Origin: Vermamoeba vermiformis
Taxonomy: Eukaryota
Reading direction: 5' to 3'
NCBI GenBank assembly: GCA_045837725.1
Contig: JBEWZL010000284.1
Coordinates: 62,001 to 101,035 of the forward strand
Length of the DNA stretch: 39,035 nucleotides
Of the stretch, positions 36,199 to 39,035 are shown in pieces. A model generated the notes under the pieces. It saw nothing but the letters and a program-made list of their open reading frames with translations, ran no database searches and had not been told where the DNA came from. The position numbers and the translations under genes were made by a program. Each line of letters begins with the position of its first letter. Within the stretch, counting starts at the first letter, position 1.

Positions 36199-36709
36199 TT
36201 ACTTCTGTTCGGGTTGAGCAGCGGTAGCAGATGGCGCGTACACGCCAACAGGTCCAAGCTTGTCTCCTGAAAACAAAGTCGTATTAATATCTAGCAATGT
36301 ATCATATTAATGGGATTTTACCTGTTTTCTCGTTGTAGGCTTTGTGTGATGCATCGCAATACGGGAATTTTTTACTTTGCCAGCATCTGGACAAGAAAAA
36401 TTGTTAAAATTAATATTTCGCCATCAGCATATTAAATACAATATGTATAGTCGGAATTTAAGGTAAAGAGTCCGTTCCAACAATTTTAAATAGCAAACTC
36501 GGAAATCTTTTCTTCGGCTAGAATGCTTGACGTTACCTGCAAAAGAATACTTTCTTGCCATTAGGCTGAATTTCTTCGGTATGAGAAACGGGATAGTCGT
36601 TTACATTCAATTTGGTGGAGTACTGCGCAAACAGATTGGCTCTGATTGCTGCAGGAGCCTTATTGCTCGTTCTAACAATTATATTCCGTGCGAACACGTT
36701 GCGTAACAT
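36199..36709 (-). CDS. NEET-type CDGSH iron-sulfur domain protein (absent from the ORF track)
   Basis: Exons 36709-36537, 36386-36322 and 36266-36199 give [17 protein letters not shown]...[35 protein letters not shown]. This is the 3Cys-1His CxCxxSxxxPxCDxSH motif followed by the mitoNEET-like GDxxGP. Confidence 0.92.
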
Positions 36710-36867
36710 ACTGATATTTGTCCTTGTGTACTTTGTATTGGTTATCGGCGTAAAATGGAAAATTCAAAATCAGTCTTGATTTGTTTTTCTTTTGAACAAG
36801 CAGCATAATATAATTTGTTAACAAATATAGTTTAAATAATATAAATTACTGCTATTTGAAGTATTAC

Positions 36868-37576
36868 ATGGATAACAGCCAGAATTCTAGCCACCACGGG
36901 AAAGTAACCGTTGTACTGATCTCAGGAAAGCGATGTGCAGGCAAAGACACGTTCGCTCAAGTGTTGAAAAAATATTTGGAAGAAAAACAAAACAAATTGG
37001 TGCAATTAACTCACTTTGCCGATGAGTGCAAGAGATTATTTGCGATCCAAGCTGGAGCCGATTATCAACGTCTTCTTACCGACAGAGATTATAAAGTAAG
37101 CCATATTTATTATATTTTAGAATTTTATAGAATTTTTTTGCCTGGTGCAAATAATCTTAAGACTGGTTTTAACTCGCGCCACTTAGGAGCAACACAGAAC
37201 AGAACTGACGAACTTTTATACGAAATCGAAGACTGATAACGTATTAATGTTCTGCGAGGGCATAACCAGCCAACTGAAATCAATGGATCCGAACAAGCAA
37301 AACGTTTTGATCATTTCAGATCTTCGTCACCAATTCGAAGTGGCCTACTTTCAGAAATTTCATCACGACCACCCTGAATTAATCGAAAGACTGGTATTAG
37401 TGCGAGTAGAAGCTAACAACACCGTCAAAGAACAGCGCGGTTGGAAATTGGGTCCGATCGATAGCGACACTACAGAAGTAGACCTAGATCAGTTCAAAGA
37501 CTGGGACTTAATATGCGAGAACAACGAGCAAGGATTAGATCATTTGACAAACTGTATTCAATCGTACTTCAACTAA
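36868..37576 (+). CDS. PMVK: Phosphomevalonate kinase, animal-type (P-loop/NMP-kinase fold)
   Basis: Two exons. VVLISGKRCAGKD, YQRLLTDRDYK/EQHR, IISDLR, LVRVEA...KEQRGW...IDSDTTEVDLDQFKDWDLICEN are colinear with the animal PMVK motifs (GKRKSGKD, SDTR, QRGW, ESECGLD). Confidence 0.88.
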
Positions 37577-38438
37577 AGCCGGATTCAAACAATTAGATAT
37601 CTGCGCCGACTTTAAGCATAACTTGCCAAATCCAGTGCTTTACGACCCATTAGTAAAATCTCGCGTTTCCGATGACATCTGTTGCTGGTATAGGTTATTG
37701 TCCGATCACATCATCGATGGATTACGTATTTGTGCATTTCGACAAAGCAATTCAAGGACAAGGCATTCAATTATTAGGGTGCAATTGAAAGTTCAGAAAT
37801 TGAGCACTAAGTACAATGATATCAGGCACGAGGACACAAAAGCATTTTCATACGTCAAGGTTGCAATAAATGTGAGTTCTTACTATTTGTGGGTATATAA
37901 TTCCATATTACGCGTTTAGGTTATGTGGCGTGTGTAACTGCGAGGTCGATCCAGCGACAGGCCGCGAAGTACTACGGGAGATTTATTTCCGAAATTAAAG
38001 TATAATAGCCCGATTTATCCACGTGTTGCCCAGCGCCACATCTAAGAATAGGTGCGGCAATTTTTACTATTTTGGCCAACAAATCTCCCTCTATCTCGGG
38101 CCGCTTCCCTAATTCCCGTTCGCTTTTCTGATTTCTCTGCTTTATTGCCAATCAATACATACAAAATACTATTTTGAGCTTACAATGACACCTGGTAAAC
38201 ACATGCAAGCGACGGATATGTCTTTGACTAAGAAACCTGAATCCGGAAAAAATATTCTTAAATTTCGGAGTATTAATTCGGAGATGGTTCTTTGTTTCCG
38301 GATTTATTTTAAGTAATTCGCGTGGCGTGCACGTGTCACTTATCGTGTCACAGAAAATCTCCACGTGACGCACCAACTATAAATTTTGAAGCTGCTCTCT
38401 CGACGTCAATTGTCGCGAAGTAAGCTCAATTTAACACC

Positions 38439-39035
38439 ATGTCTCCGAGACTTTTTGCTTATTTAGCACTTGTTGTAGTATTGTGCGTTGTTCATACCAC
38501 AGCTGACTGTCCAGCGCTGATCCGCGTCATCAACACTTACAACCCGGACTCCCCAACATCCATCAACGTGGTCGTCAATGGCCAAGTACTCATCAAGAGC
38601 ACTCCGTTCTGCGGTGCCTCAAGCTACGTCTCGTTTTTCCCTCCTAAAGAAGATATCGTGGTTAGCTTTACCGACGCTACCTCTGGAACGAAGTTCGCTG
38701 AAAGAAAGTTCATGGCGCAAGCTGGCTACGCCTATACTCTTGGACTTACCGGACCCATTCCTGGCCCTGACGGTCAACAGCTCTTCAATTCTTCGCCGTT
38801 TGTTGTACCCGACGATCTATCCATTCCAAATCCGGATCGATTCCGTGGAAGGTGGTACAGATGGAGCGAGACCAACGTGACTATCGACTTTAGAATATTC
38901 CACCCGGATACACCCGATATCGATGCTGCTCGTTTGCGCAAGAAGGCTCCCAAGATTGCCATCGAGTATCCCGAGATGCCGATCGGAGAATACAGCTTTA
39001 CTCCCGTTCTTATGGACGCCAGCGACGTACTTATT
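38439..39035 (+). CDS. Secreted DUF4397-like protein, 3'-partial (absent from the ORF track because it runs off the window)
   Basis: Open frame MSPRLFAYLALVVVLCVVHTTA (signal), then DCPALIRVINTYNPDSPTSINVVVNGQVLIKSTPFCGASSYVSF...AGYAYTLGLTG. This resembles the DUF4397 pattern (vRvvhasPdapavdvyvng...sdY...g..YT). No intron visible. Confidence 0.65.
   Translation, partial: MSPRLFAYLALVVVLCVVHTTADCPALIRVINTYNPDSPTSINVVVNGQVLIKSTPFCGASSYVSFFPPKEDIVVSFTDATSGTKFAERKFMAQAGYAYTLGLTGPIPGPDGQQLFNSSPFVVPDDLSIPNPDRFRGRWYRWSETNVTIDFRIFHPDTPDIDAARLRKKAPKIAIEYPEMPIGEYSFTPVLMDASDVLI

Noticed and set aside
37623-37919. 98-aa ORF after PMVK
   Set aside because: TTG start, no motifs and no supporting exon structure on either strand.
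1-39035. CRISPR arrays, tRNA/rRNA genes, transposase or reverse-transcriptase ORFs
   Set aside because: No regularly spaced direct repeats, cloverleafs or mobile-element protein motifs were seen by eye.

Overview
Gene-dense, intron-rich eukaryotic nuclear DNA with short GT-AG introns, AT-rich introns and spacers, and the standard genetic code. It is probably from a free-living amoeba-like protist, which is an inference. Joining exons by hand gives about 18 protein-coding genes. Housekeeping genes: WNK-type kinase (partial), eIF3m, NEDD1/GCP-WD, CCT2, a MYORG-like GH31 glycosidase, a mitochondrial PPR protein, an F-box protein with an in-frame TAG, a 2OG-Fe(II) dioxygenase, a NEET/CDGSH Fe-S protein missed by the ORF track, and an animal-type phosphomevalonate kinase. 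Between them sit secreted or GPI-anchored genes whose core domains look bacterial: a tandem pair of probable beta-propeller proteins, a tandem pair combining an L-type lectin with an uncharacterised domain, a HIPL1-like protein, a beta-lactamase-family protein and a DUF4397-like protein. Main leads: (1) a recurring 'signal peptide + bacterial-like domain + S/T/P stalk + GPI tail' surface cassette with duplication and focal diversification; (2) a 37-bp inverted-repeat (MITE-like) element filling the divergent promoter between the beta-lactamase-like and dioxygenase genes; (3) a recurrent CGGATCT/AGATCCG motif in introns and spacers; (4) a lone in-frame TAG in an otherwise intact F-box gene. All family calls come from motif recognition by eye, and no searches were run.
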